DNA of 64,000 nt from Botryllus schlosseri (Eukaryota): contig CM119372.1 in the NCBI GenBank assembly GCA_051294905.1, positions 24,430,001-24,494,000 of the forward strand, written 5' to 3'. Of the stretch, positions 36,859 through 49,922 are shown one piece after another; position 1 is the stretch's first letter, and each line of letters opens with the position of its first letter. A model generated the notes under the pieces. It had not been told where the DNA came from and ran no database searches. It saw nothing but the letters and a program-made list of their open reading frames with translations. The position numbers were made by a program, and so were the translations under genes.

Positions 36859-39800
36859 GTGCGTGACTACTACTACGTCTTTGTACGATGCATATCGATC
36901 GCCGCTTCATCGCATTTTTTTTCCAATAACGCTTTGTGCTTGGTATTGTAGCAGGGTACGAATGTTCGACTATATTTTCAGACTGCGCCTGATTGTTTCC
37001 TGATATCAAGGATCGTTTACCGCGGCGAACCGTCCAAAATCGCACCGTCGTAATCAATATTCACATTTCCATACACCAAATCGCCCTTGACAGCGTTAGT
37101 CGATAACGACAAATCTTGTATTATTGCCGCCCTAAAAGATGGTTCGCTTGCAAGATTGAAAATATTAAGAATGAAATTTACATATCTCAATATATCGAAA
37201 ATATGTCCTGCTGGAGTCGATATCATGGCGGGTAGAGTTTGTTTCGTTGTTTGTGATATTCATGGTGCTTGTAGACTGCTAATACGGTCATTTCAACCAG
37301 GACGATTTACGTCATTTGTGTCCTGTAGATACCGACTTGTAGCACTGCCCACTTCTGAGCTTCTAGAAGGCATCGCTTGTACGGATTATATGAAAAATAG
37401 GAGCCTAGATAAACATCGAACACTTGGGTAAGAATTCTGCAGTCGAACTCAGTCGGACTCGAACCCGCAACCCATTGGTGTTGCAGCTGCGGAATCGACG
37501 CTATTATACGCTATACGCTATACGCTATTTCGACACGCAGCGGGTAAAATCATTATTCACGCTTCGTCATGGATAATATTTTCTTTGACATCAAACTGTT
37601 GATGTACTTCACTTCTCGTGTTCCTAAAATAGACAACATACATATTTAGCAAACGGGTTACATATTTTCTTCATCGACTGCCGAAATACAAGTTTATATA
37701 CACAATTGATATGCAGCCATACCAAAATGAAACATCCTTTGTAGATGGAAGATGATTACGCCTGACCAGTAGTTATTGCGTCTCAACTCAGTACCAGGAA
37801 AATGAAACTGCTCGATTTCTTGCTAATCTGAACTGCACCCGATTTGTATGACCGTGAAACAGAAAACACGGTACTACTGAGATGTATATCTTACAGATTG
37901 CTCATTATGATCAAGTATTATTCCGTCAACTTAACATACAACGATGACGACAAGACTGTATATCCGTCAACAGGTTGATCACATCTGAGCGGAGGTGATT
38001 ACGATCGGGTCCAGGAGCAGGAGCAATTCCGGGCTGGATTCGGATCACCGATTCATTACACCACTTCACAAGCGATTGTGGACAGAGACAATGGGAATTT
38101 GGGTCGCAGGCTACAATCACTCAGCAAGTACGTCTACTTGCCTAGAGATAAGTTTTTTTATCACTCGAATATAACGCCAAATATTCCCAAACTCGTATTC
38201 AGCGAGATTAAACCTTTCCCCCAGTATCCTACGAAACGAGGCGAACTTTTCCGATACGTCAGCGTACAATGGAATCGAGTATCGTATAGTTCTCAATACA
38301 GGAACCACATCGACGGAAGAGTCACGAGTCAGAAGAAGATGACTACGTTGATGGAATTAATCGAAATGAGTATTTTAAACCCCGACTGACATCATCGTAT
38401 CACTCTCGATCGATCACGGCTGATTTATGGCCATCACTTACTAGCGCAATTATTTCGCCAGTAGCATGTACAATTTAAAAAATCCTTGTCCGGATATACG
38501 TAAATCCAAAAGTAATCCAGTAAAAATACTCCAATGCGCCGTACTCCCATCCGAATTCACGCTCATTTGTACAGTATACGAGCCCCGATTCGTCGGCGTA
38601 CAATGGAATCTAGTATCGTAGTTCTCGATACAGGAACCACATCGATGCAAGAGTCACGAGCCAGAAGAAAACTGATTACTTTGATGTGATTAATCCAAAC
38701 GAGTATTTTGAATCCAGACTGACATCATCGCATCACCCCCGATCGATCACGGCTGATTCATGGGGATCACTTGCCCGCGATATTATTTCGCGAGTAGCAT
38801 GTAAAATCCACAAATCCGGGTCCGAATAAACTTAAATCCAAAAGTAATCCAGTAAAGATCCCCCAATGCCTTGTTTTCCCATTCAAATCCACACTCGTTT
38901 GTACCGTATACGAGGCTCGCTCCTGGCACACTCGCTCTCTACTGTCGTAAGCTGCGGGAAGTAGCTTTGGACGTCGTCAAAAACCACTTGAAAATGGCGG
39001 GTAGCAAGTAGCAACAGCGATGGACTTATCTCGGCTTCTTTGTAATAAAGCTGTTTTCAATAGAATCCCACATAGTTACTCAAAACTGTCTGCTTACAAT
39101 GATATCAATGTGATATAGGCCTACCATGGACTCAATGACACAAACGAGTTTGATTTGATAACGCGTGCACCACACAGACAGCTTGCATTCACACTCGATT
39201 GAACCGGGAATTATTGATTGAGAGATTCAAGAGAAATCATACGCCAGTTGAGTTTTAAAATATAAGCCGGAGCAAGATGGTTTCAGAATACCAAATTTTT
39301 ATATCCGCTCGTCTCTGCGCCTGACTGACATTTGGTTACGGAAGTAGTTTTGGATGTGTAGCCCCTTAGTCAGCCACCCCCCACCCCATCCAAGTACGAG
39401 AATCCAACCAAGCGAGACTTTACATCGATTCGTGTGACCTTGACCGTACGCTTGAAACATAGCATAAATTGTCATCATATACCCATCAATCAATCAACCC
39501 GCCATTACACGCTGACACGGCGAGTCACGCCAGGCGAGCTTTTCCGTTTCGTCGGGTTACACACTACAGAGATCCAAAAAGATTCGATCGTCATACGCGG
39601 AAAATTACAGCAAATAATACAGTAACCTTGAGTATATTCGCCTGATAATAAATTCAAACGAGTTTAATTTAACATAAACGAGTTTTGATTATACGCAGAT
39701 AGCAGCCGTATTCAATTGAACCGGAAATCATTGATCGACATGATAGGTCAGCCGAGTTTTAAATCGCCAGGCAGGACCATTTCTAGTTTCGGAATCCGTT

Positions 39801-40587
39801 CATCCCCCGATAGTGAGTTACGTAATTCTGCAAGTAGCCTTGAAAATGATACCAAGAATACATATATATCACTCTAATACGGAGCTGAACGGTTATCGTT
39901 CCGGACCAGAGTATGCCAGTTCAAACGGCAAGCGTGAATTTACATCGTTTCGTTTGGCCCAACGCCTTGACCGTGCACTTGAGATATAGCATAAGGCTCT
40001 CATATACGGATCAAGAGGAGCGTTTACTTCACAGCTGTAATGTTCAATGGGCAAATTTTCCCTCATCCCATCACATTCAAGAGAAATTGGATGAACCAAC
40101 CCACGATTACACGCCGCGTCATGCCGCGTCAACTTTTCCGTTTCGTCGGAGTACACACCATAGAGATCCAGAAAGATTCGATTACAACAAAGACAATAAC
40201 CTTGATATTATTCGCCTGATAATAAAATTATATTCACCGCAAACGAGTTTTGACACGCAGATAGCAACCTTACTCAATTCCAGAAAGCGCGACACGATAG
40301 GTCAGCCGGGTTTTGAAATCAACAGGCAGAACCAGTGATCAATCCACTCATAAATAACGAGTCACGCCACAACCGCGAGAATTACGTCACAAATATTACA
40401 CCAAACTCATTTCAAACGGAAATCAAACAGCCACATATCGATCAGATCGCTTGCAGCAATCCGTCACGAACTGCAATTCTGCAAAATGCGTAAGTCCGTT
40501 ATCCTTTGTTTCTTTATTTTATTAGAGATTTTAGTTTCTTTAAGTTAAAAGACGATATGCGGCTATATCCACCATTTCTCTACTACT
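33360..40587 (-). repeat. Right arm (7228 bp) of the giant inverted repeat
   Basis: Differences I saw: three 1-nt homopolymer indels and one substitution (C32718 vs A33564). Confidence 0.97.
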
Positions 40588-40899
40588 AACATCTGTCTTT
40601 TCAAGTGTGTGCATGCAGTATTCTTCATTTCTTGATGCGATTTCGTTAAAGACGCAATCGTTAACACAGAGAGCCATACGCGAATCCTGTTTCATGTGTA
40701 AATCAAGCAAAAATTATAAAAATTAGGCGATATCAGCATTAAACAACTAATTTTTGTACTGCAAAAACAGGAGACGTCAAAGCACAAACACTAATTTTAG
40801 TAACACTCAAAGTTCATTTAGTAAGCTGCCGAAACAGGCTGATTAATCATATACCTGTACTGTAATAAAATAATTAATCATTGTTTATAAATTTTCTTT

Positions 40900-41135
40900 G
40901 GTACGACTTTCTGGAATGTGACGCACGCAAGCAGTCACGTTGGAGACTCCAACACTAGTCGGCCATCATATGTGCATCCCACTGGCCCTGATACCTCTCT
41001 TCGGTGACATTACTGTCCTGCTGGAACCTTTATCCCTGCTCTTCACGTAGACACCGCCAAGGTTTGCAGGAAAACCATCTAAGCGACTGAAGAGATAGTG
41101 AACCTTGATACTGATATTCACACCTGAATCTTTCA
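40900..41135 (-). pseudogene. Chapaev3-like transposase remnant
   Basis: NISIKVHYLFSRLDGFPANLG, a frameshift, then EEQG*RFQQD...ERYQGQWDAHMMAD*CWSLQRD. Confidence 0.75.
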
Positions 41136-43073
41136 AGTTGGGAAGCATACAATGTACCGCGACATGTTTGGAAGCATACATTTGCGACAATGTGAATTAA
41201 CCAACATTTGTAGCCTACCTATCGCAAAGCAGCGTGATGCTGAAATTCTCACACTACCAAAACGACATTGGAACAAATTGTATATTCATTCATGATTCAA
41301 GATGAAATCACAATAAAAATAAGCAATGATAGCACTTATTACAATACAAACCAGCGCATCCATTAGGGCTGTTAACAAATTTTCTTTCATATTTTACTGG
41401 CTACCCAGTGAAATTTGTTTGAGAATACGAAGCATAACGAATTTGGCATAATCTCAAGTTCCAACCCGTAGAAGACATGTTATTAGATTAGAAAATTTGG
41501 GATTCGAAAAAGAACAGTATTCATGGTGAGAAATTCTAACAATCATTACTAATAAAAATTGATGGATGTTTTTAGCCTGCGTAACAATTTTAGTAGCAAA
41601 CCAGTAAACTTACAAAAAAAAGAGTTTTTTAGCAACAGTAGTATCCATTCATACTTTAAGGTAAAATCACCCTTTCCAATGGTTGATCAAAGCAAATAAT
41701 TTACAATGAAAGCAATTGTTGTAATGCAAAGGCATTAAAATGGAAGCACTCATCACCATCGTTGAATGGAAGCCTTTGCGAACGTTGATTGGAAAATGCA
41801 ACCCAGCACGATTATGATCAGCAAACAATTGCCGCAACGCAAGCTATACTAGGAACCTCTTTATCTTCAACGTAAGAGACGAATTACTGTTGGACCACGT
41901 GCATTCTCGTTTGCAATCATATATCGAGTGTGCATGAGCGCTCGATACATTCAATTTCTCTACTTGTCGCTCAACTACACTTGGGGCGCAAATTGAACTT
42001 AATTATTAGCCAAACGACTCGTAGTACGTCGAATTCCGTTCTTATTTGTTCGGTCATATGTCATTGTGGTTTGCACAATGAAAATTACATCAAAAGTGGG
42101 ACGCAAACTGAAAAAGGTTGGGAAGCACTGACCTAGGCTTAGCCTATTTGTTGCATATCTTAACAAAATATTGTTAAGTATATTCTTCATCTTCTTTTTA
42201 TATAACAATTTTCGGTTGGTTTGTACGAATGAGCTTTATTTTGCAAAAACAAAGTGCGGATGGTGCTCAAAAAGGTTGAAAAGAACGTTCCTTGGAGATG
42301 GCTCGACTTTTCTTGTGGATACACATGAAACAGATCTCTGATATATGATCGATATGCTTTTCCAATGTGTCATGTCGCCAAAGTGAATACGCAAGTTGCG
42401 TGAAAAAGTCTTAGCTTGGATAAGGCCCTGTTCGAATCCTGACGGTGAATTGATTTTGGGAAAGCATATGAGTCGATCTATGTTATACTGAGCAATGAGC
42501 CGACTTCTATATAATGCCACTTTATAAAGGGGAAGATTTAACACAAATTTCTGGTTAATAAACATCGTCATGTTCACTTGTGAGTAGCGATCTCTTAGCA
42601 ACAGCAAGTGACAACTTCCAAATTTGAAATTCTCATCACCCCGGCTGACACAAAGTCACTGAGACAAAGACACAAGACGGTATAATATATCTGACAGTAA
42701 TAGAGGAGATATATCGTTCAATCGGTAAACGATTTCGGTAATAAAAAGAATGTCATATTTATATTGAAAATTTTCTTAGAAAGTATGCATTATGTAGTTG
42801 CGCTTGCTTCAAAGAATGTCGTGAGACAGATGAACAATTGTTGCCTGCATGCTTATTATTATGTCAGTATGTCGTTATGTACATGATTGGTCACCTCCGC
42901 CTACATCCGAATTCCAGAATATATTTCCAACTCATATAGAATTTATATTTCATATGACAGTTGAATATTTTATTATCTGATCATAACGGTTTGCGAAGGT
43001 TTTGCGTTAATTTTATTGTGTTGAGTGGCCGCAACTGACTCGTGGTTGGAGGATATCTGGTATAAATAAAACA

Positions 43074-43420
43074 TCACATCTGGACTCGATCGAGTGAGAC
43101 CAGTACAACTAGGTTGAGTAGAATGAAGATGGCATGGCGTTTTAACTGGTTGACAGAATATCCAGCGCTTGTGGTTTCGTCAGATGTCGGAGCGCTTGTG
43201 GTTTCGTCAGATGTCGGAGCGCTTGTGGTTTCGTCAGATGTCGAAGCGTCTGTGACCTCGCTTCTTAGAGAACATAAGTCTGTCCAGTTGCAATCCTCAG
43301 GGTCGTTGAAACCGAAATAATCGAGTGCTTCGTCCAGGTCCCACGTTCCATTGGTAATAGGACTGTGTAGCGGTAAATATAAAGGTTTTTCCTTGTGAAA
43401 GACTTGGAGCTTCTTTTCTG
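43074..43420 (-). CDS. MINPP1: MINPP1-like phosphatase, last exon with Ser/Thr stalk and hydrophobic GPI-like tail
   Basis: tttacag acceptor, phase 1. Translates AEKKLQVFHKEKPLYLP...CNWTDLC...(TSDETTSA)x3...AIFILLNLVVLVSLDRVQM*. Not in the ORF track because it has no start codon. Confidence 0.8.
43164..43248 (-). repeat. 27-bp coding tandem repeat, three copies (PTSDETTSA)
   Basis: The unit agcgcttgtggtttcgtcagatgtcgg occurs three times. Confidence 0.93.
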
Positions 43421-43471
43421 CTGTAAACGTGAAAATTCGCGAATTCGATGTGTATACTCAAAGTATAGATA

Positions 43472-43891
43472 TAGTGGGGCGGTTCAGCCCAAATATTCAG
43501 AAGGATTGTGCATTTTGTGATACAAGCACCAAATTTGGCACACATGTATATTAACATGTTGCGAACATTTTCAGATATTGAGCCACTCGGAATTCTCTCT
43601 TTATGTCCGCCATATTGGATTTCAAAATGGCCGCCATTTGAAATCTACATTTGCGATTATCTCTGGGCCTAATGCTGCTAAAATGAAGTCAATAGTAGCA
43701 TTTGACCCAGACATAATCGCAAATGTAGATTTCAAATGGCGGCCATTTTGAAATCCAATATGGCGGACATAAAGAGAGAATTCTGAGTGGCTCAATATCT
43801 GAAAATGTTCGCAACATGTTAATATACATGTGTGCCAAATTTGGTGCTTGTGTCACAAAATGCACAATAGGTTTGCTATGCTGCCCCACTA
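43472..43891. mobile_element. Hairpin MITE in the last intron of the MINPP1-like gene
   Basis: TAGTGGGGC / GCCCCACTA ends. Inverted arms at about 43505-43685 and 43692-43867. Confidence 0.85.
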
Positions 43892-44137
43892 ATATGGCAA
43901 TCGCGCCAGTTCATCGCTTATAAAATTGCGGAGTAACGCCGCTTAACAGCCGATACTCGCCAAGAGTTCAACGTAGATGAGGTCTGTCAATTGATAAAAC
44001 TAGGATTAAAGTAGGTCAAAAGTCTATATAGGAACGTATTTTAGAGGGCAAAGTTATGGTTACAGTGACCGTGAATTTATTTTGATAACTGGTAAGACAC
44101 TGGTGTACAATATTCGATCGATGTCGTCACTACTCAC

Positions 44138-44652
44138 TAGGGCTGGGCAAAATTGAGTGCCTGAGTGATTCAATTCTGAATCACGCATTATGCTTCGAGT
44201 CGATTCGAGTAATCGAGTATCACCCATTGGGACGTCATAACAGGATATAATATGCTAAAGTTGAAATATGTACCTTTTCTGCCACCACAAAAGAAAATAT
44301 TGCCTGTTCTCGATCAAATTAAAGATACTTAGGTAGTTTTTCGATCATACCGATTTCATTGTACTTTGTGACAATGTTGTGGGATGATCACGACTTCGGA
44401 TATGTGTCATTTTCAGTACCGTACGTAGCTTTGCACTATATGTTTCGTATGCGATACAACCAATCAACGTTTCAAGGCTTCCACAGTGGAAAATAGTATC
44501 GAAACTATAATTCTCGTTGATAAATTAACGTTCAGTGGCGAGGAGCGTATAATTTCAGTACTCGACAAAATCGCCTTTTACTACTCTACTCGAATCAGTA
44601 AATATATTACTCGATTCAGATTCGAGTACTCCAATCATTGCGCCCAGCCATA
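44138..44652 (-). mobile_element. MITE, TAGGGCTGGGC family
   Basis: Inverted copy of 54477-55004. Confidence 0.78.
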
Positions 44653-45129
44653 GTCGTCAAAAATGCAGCACGAAACAAAAACAATACGTACTTTCAGTGC
44701 TCAGTATGGTCGACACGCCGATATCTCATCAAATTCAAACAGAAACGTATAAAACTGTGTAATTGTAGTCCTATATATACAATATATAATATAATGTTTT
44801 GGGTATACAATGATTCACCACAACGGGATAGGCAAAATGGATAGACAAGACGGCCGATTCAGACTATATTCGAGCCCGGCATACTCAAATTAATTATCGA
44901 TGATGGTGACTGTTTTTAAATCGTATGTTGTTGTAGGCCTCATCTCCCAATACTGTTGTGAACTGTGTCTGGTGGCTTTGCCAGGTGATATTGCGATATC
45001 GTCCTGAAATGCTCTCGCGTACCAGAGTTTGGAAACCACATATTTATATATTCGGTCGGTGAATCGGATTGTCAATTGTCATGCAGCCGATTGGCTATTT
45101 CGCTACTGTAACACATTTCATATGCTTAC

Positions 45130-45244
45130 CACCACACTGATTTACAACGAATGCTAAGCTTCCGGACATTGGTGAGTACAGTGACGCTCGATATGTTCTG
45201 TTGACTTTGACGGGATAATCTTCTACCAGGAAAGGTCCATCGTC
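45130..45244 (-). CDS. MINPP1: MINPP1-like exon
   Basis: DDGPFLVEDYPVKVNRTYRASLYSPMSGSLAFVVNQCG aligns to MINPP1 KDKEPL...[22 protein letters not shown]. Phase 0-1, gtaagc donor. Confidence 0.85.
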
Positions 45245-45607
45245 CTGCAAATATTTACTTGTTTCTGGTAAATGCGGAGATGCCAATCGTTAGGGGATTA
45301 GAAAATAGATGCGTATGGATGTGGTTCAACGAATAAACAATGAATGGAAAGGAGTAATTCCAGTGGTCGGGATATAATGAGTTGCAAAAAAGTATCTCAC
45401 AAAGTCAAATATGAATCGCTATGTAAATTTAATATGCAGACATAGCCTACTGCGTGACGCAGTGTTGCCACTGAATGTCAGCATGGGATAGATAATTGAA
45501 ATTAGCTTATGATGTCGTCGATTGCACAAGACTTATTAGTTATAGATAATTCGTCTCATTCGTTCGCGCAATTCAGATCATTTGTTTGATGATAGTAATA
45601 TTATTAC

Positions 45608-45807
45608 CTCAATCATATTCATATCCGCCAATATTCGAAGGAAGCCGAAACCATGCGCAAATAAAAATTGATTGACTGATTCGCCATCACTGATGTTTTT
45701 TAATGCGGACAAGATGAATCTTTTAGTGGGGCATGACGTTTTGTAGCTCAGGTGATTTCCGAATCCAAACCTGTTGTAATCACCCATGTCATCTCTGTAT
45801 TCGAAAG
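45608..45807 (-). CDS. MINPP1: MINPP1-like exon holding the proton-donor motif position (HGF instead of HAE)
   Basis: AFEYRDDMGDYNRFGFGNHLSYKTSC...FLFAHGFGFLRILADMNMIE aligns to VLEYLNDLKQYWKRGYG...SSC...LQFGHAETLLPLL. Phase 1-0. Confidence 0.87.
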
Positions 45808-46609
45808 CTGTAAAACAAATTAACTCAATTCAACACCACTAAAATTCCCATCCCGTTTAAATATTATTCATCATAGTAACTGTGCATGTTCTATAGGTAG
45901 GCCTTAATGAAATCTGAAATCGGTCGATCTCTTGAAAATAGCTCTATTTAAGGATGTTTTTTTTATGTAACTCATTCATTTCCAACATAGCACTGCCAAA
46001 AAAATGATTCCCGTCTTATTTTTGCGTCACAGCGTCACAGGTATAACTGCATGCCACGACAGCAAGATTAGCATGTTACGTGGGGCCTGCTGTTAGTAAT
46101 CTGCCACACATCGTTGAGCAAATACACATTTTCAATCGTGACATGTAGAATATAAATGTGTTTTCATAATTGAAGTATAAAGTAAATTAAGAATGGCCAA
46201 TTGCTTTGCGTAGAGAGCACGCTGAGTTATACCTCCGTCATGCGAGTCAGATCCAACCCACCGACCTCTGTTTTACTCTACGTAATCTTACGTTCTGCCC
46301 GTTAGAATTATGGCAATTCACTTTGCGCGAGTTACATTGACAAAACATCGTTTGCGTAACCACAGCGAATCGACAGTACTTTAGCAGGCATAATATTTTG
46401 CTAATTTCAAATTTTGTCGAACGTCTGTCTTTGCCATACAAGATTGGACCTGGGCATTTGCTTTTGATCATATATCTATAGCGTCATGAGTCGTGACTCT
46501 GCGAATCTACCATTTGACCAAGGTGATAGCTGTGTATTTCAGACTTACGCAAAGATCTGACTAACCACTTATAGCTAGGACGATTTTGTCCACATGTACG
46601 TAAATCAGG

Positions 46610-47230
46610 CATTTTCGCACATAATGTTAAAATTGTACTATTTATCTTCATTTCTAGTTGGAACTATCTGTCCTTACGTAGTAGTTTGGCCTGAAAAAAA
46701 ACTTTTGACTTAAAAACTGACAAATTGTTACATGATTGTTACATTTTATTTTCACGAAGTCTGGACCTGTGATGAATTCCAGTAATTACACCACGCATTA
46801 TAGTAGAAATAAATAAAATCTGTTGTAGTATAACAAAAGATACTTTCCTACATTCTCGGGTAGAAAGTGTCTGTCAATACTAAGTCGCTTGCCTAGAATG
46901 GAGAAAGGACGTTCAACAGCAGCATTTGTTGGCTGGCAACACTGAAGTTGTGGGTACACTGCTGGTAACACACCGTGTTGCTTCATTCTGACAATAATGT
47001 CCACATCACAATTTTTCAACATGCGCTTCTTGATATAAGAACCAACGCCCACGCAGTCTTGCTTCTGGTTGGATATTGCGGTACGTTGAGCTTAACACCA
47101 TGTCAATCGATTTGCTTCATTTGACCGTTTATGATTCACAATGGGCAGACAATGGGCCGTCTACAACGGTAGGCCTATAAAGTAGGCCTCAAGATGTAAA
47201 ATGTCAAATGATAAGTTCACCGACAGCGCA
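46610..47230 (-). mobile_element. Decayed DNA transposon with a hAT-like C-terminal remnant
   Basis: PTNAAVERPFSILGKRLSIDRHFLPENV. Second copy at about 6700-7325. Confidence 0.6.
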
Positions 47231-47843
47231 AACATCCACGATAAAAACGAAATGACTGCTGCAAAAAAATTTTGACTTTGTCAGAAAATTGTTGACAAGC
47301 GCCACAATTTTACCAAAATTTTAACTTTTTTTGCAATTTTAAAAAAGTCGTCCTACTTATAGCCTATATTTAACATTGTTCCGAACCCTTTTCCAACTCG
47401 AGAATAGTTTAGATATTTGGTGCAGCATTCTCGGACTAAAGATCAAATCCGACTAAAACAACATGGGTTTGAAATTCGCAAACAGCGAAAGAAAAATGCA
47501 TTGAACGGGTCGAATATTCGTGTCGTGCTGGTGGAGACTAACCAAAATGCACTACTGAAATCCGATTCGAGTGATAATTATAAGGACTCGGGTTGGCTAT
47601 AGGTAGGGTCGATGTTTTCAAGTAACGAGATCGTTTACCGCTTTCCACGAAGAGGTATAATTGTCAACGAAAGTTATAGTTTCGATACTTTTTCCCAACG
47701 CGGAAGGCTTGAAACCTCGATTGATTGTATCTCAACATCCGAAATATGCGGTACAAAGCTACGCACGTCAATGCAAATGACATTTCAGCGAAGTCGTAAT
47801 CGCGAACCGCATTGCTACAAAGTCCGATTAAATAGATATAGTT

Positions 47844-48660
47844 CAGGGGTGGCCAACCTGTGGCCGTAGAAGGGAATTTGTGCGGCCGTCGTCACGTAAT
47901 TCAGTTAGTATGTGTTGGCGGCCGTCGCCATGCAAATTGAATTTACGAATATACTCACGAATTTTTGAGAGATTTTAATTAATCTTGAAACTTTCTGCGC
48001 GCTGCGCGCGACACAATACTACTTCATTTTTCGATTTTAGTATAGTAACGCCATTTGCAATCTGAGCCCTACAATGCTATGTGAACAGCAGAGGAAAATT
48101 ATACGGTCCATATGTAAATATCAACTTGGAATCGTGTGCTTCTCAGGAAAGGAATTTGTTTCTGATCCGATTCGGCGATTTCAATATCTTTCCACTATAC
48201 CGACATTCTGACAATCCTGATGTGATGTCAACAAATAGGAGCATGCAACAAAGTGACTAATAACAATTCGCCCACCCGAACGTCCATCATTATTTATAAC
48301 TTGGCATACATTTTCAAAAGCACTCCTTCCATCAACTCTACTGATAAATCTGATCACATGGGCTGCGAAAGGATGAATGTGTGATAGTAATATGTGAAAC
48401 TACTAACATTAATGACGAAATTCATTCGTGAATCTGAAAAAAATTTCGCACTTGGCGCGGCAATGACGATTCCCTGATTCTTTGTACTTGGCAACTAATC
48501 ATTTCGGTGCGTATAGTAAGACGGTATCAATAAATGGATTCATCCGGAGTTCGCCGGAAATGGACATAGACAGTATAACATGGTTATTTGGCGTCCAATT
48601 AGTTCATTACTACTATCCCCAGGAGTGCGGCCGTGACTAAAAAAAGGTTGGCTACCCCTG
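47844..48660. mobile_element. hAT-type non-autonomous element
   Basis: TIRs CAGGGGTGGCCAACC / GGTTGGCTACCCCTG. 8-bp TSD ATATAGTT. Confidence 0.88.
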
Positions 48661-48770
48661 ATATAGTTGAATTTTATTTACTACGGTGTAAAACGGGTAA
48701 TATTTTCTCTGTGGTCGCATAAAAGGAGCCTACAAATTTGTACTTCACACGCCATACCTACTTTTGTGAC

Positions 48771-49922
48771 CAGAGGTGGCCTTACGATTGGGGGCCCTAG
48801 GCGAAACTTCCGGGGGGCTGATCTACATTATCGCAACTTCTGGGGGGTTACGCCCCCCCCAGACCCCCTTACTAACGCTGAACGAAGGTTTTATTGCTGT
48901 ACACCTCGTATGCACTGTTCCAGTAGTACATTGTCTGTACATCATGATGAAACTTTAACCATATAAAATCATTATAATGCCATGCCAAAGTACAATAAAC
49001 TACTTGTCATATTTGAAAACAAGTGACTCAGGTGAACTATAGCGCGTGTCGAGACCCGCCTATTAAGACGAATTATGGGATGTAGCATGACATAATAGTA
49101 TATCAAGGCAACTGCACGCCAAATAGACCATATAAAAATAAATCCAGAAAGCTGTCGGCTGACATTAGTAATAAGCCAGCACACCACGTCAAGGTTTCAG
49201 CCAGGTGCTGATTGGACCTATCTTTTTTCTACCAAGATTTTGTTGCATGATTAGGCATACAAGCAAAATGTGCGGCAACGTGGTACAACACCAGTAATAC
49301 CACAGAAACACATCAGCACTGGTATAACCTGTGAAGAGGTAGCTCCACGATCAGTAAGAATATAGCATTCAATACAACATCCATTGTAATACCGTATAAT
49401 ATTTCTTGCACTCGAAGAATTTCGGGGTGCCACTTTTCAAGAGTTAACGGCCCACCAAGGGGATTTAAACAGATTTAAAAGCAAAACCAAAAAGGCAAAG
49501 TATGGTGCAACAATCAAAATCACAAACCATGATATTCGCATTGTAACAATGGCAACAACAACAAACTTTGAAGTACACGGACATACCGTACTATTGTAGC
49601 AGCGCAATTTGTAAATAAACAGTTACACACACAAAACAACACGCACTAATGAGAAATTCTCACACACACGAAACAACACGCACTAATGAGAAATTTGTAA
49701 GTTATAGAGAAAATCTTTTTGTCTGCAAGAACTTGCCTGGTAGGATTAAACCTAAAAAGCCACAAATAGCATAGTCAAAAGACCACTACAATCAAATACC
49801 ATATACGTATTTGAAAGCGAAAAAAGCGCGTAAACTGAGGAGGGGGGCCCTCGAAAGCGCGTAAATCAACCAGGGGGGGCCTAGGTTACCGCCTACCTCG
49901 CCTACCCCAAAAGCCACCACTG
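48771..49922. mobile_element. hAT-type non-autonomous element
   Basis: Ends CAGAGGTGGC / GCCACCACTG. Flanks TTTGTGAC / CTTGTGAC (7/8). Confidence 0.72.

Larger units (their letters stand above)
25692..40587. mobile_element. Non-autonomous Polinton/Maverick-type element, a 14.9-kb palindrome carrying IAP cargo
   Basis: Termini AGTAGTAGAGAAATGGTGG...CCACCATTTCTCTACTACT. 6-bp TSD AACATC (25686-25691 and 40588-40593). Arms 25692-32922 and 33360-40587. No pPolB, integrase, ATPase, protease or capsid ORF is visible. Confidence 0.85.

Noticed and set aside
25692..40587. The giant inverted repeat as an assembly or fold-back read artefact
   Set aside because: Both flanks are unique, a 6-bp TSD lies exactly at AGT-type termini, the spacer is asymmetric and there is at least one substitution between arms. 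It is unlikely but only spanning reads can exclude it.
42236..42607. 123-aa ORF downstream of the MINPP1-like gene
   Set aside because: No recognisable motif or supporting splice structure.
46247..46471. ORF with a gtaaga donor as an extra MINPP1 exon
   Set aside because: Its phase does not fit, and exons 56700-56873 and 45608-45807 already join without a gap in the homology.
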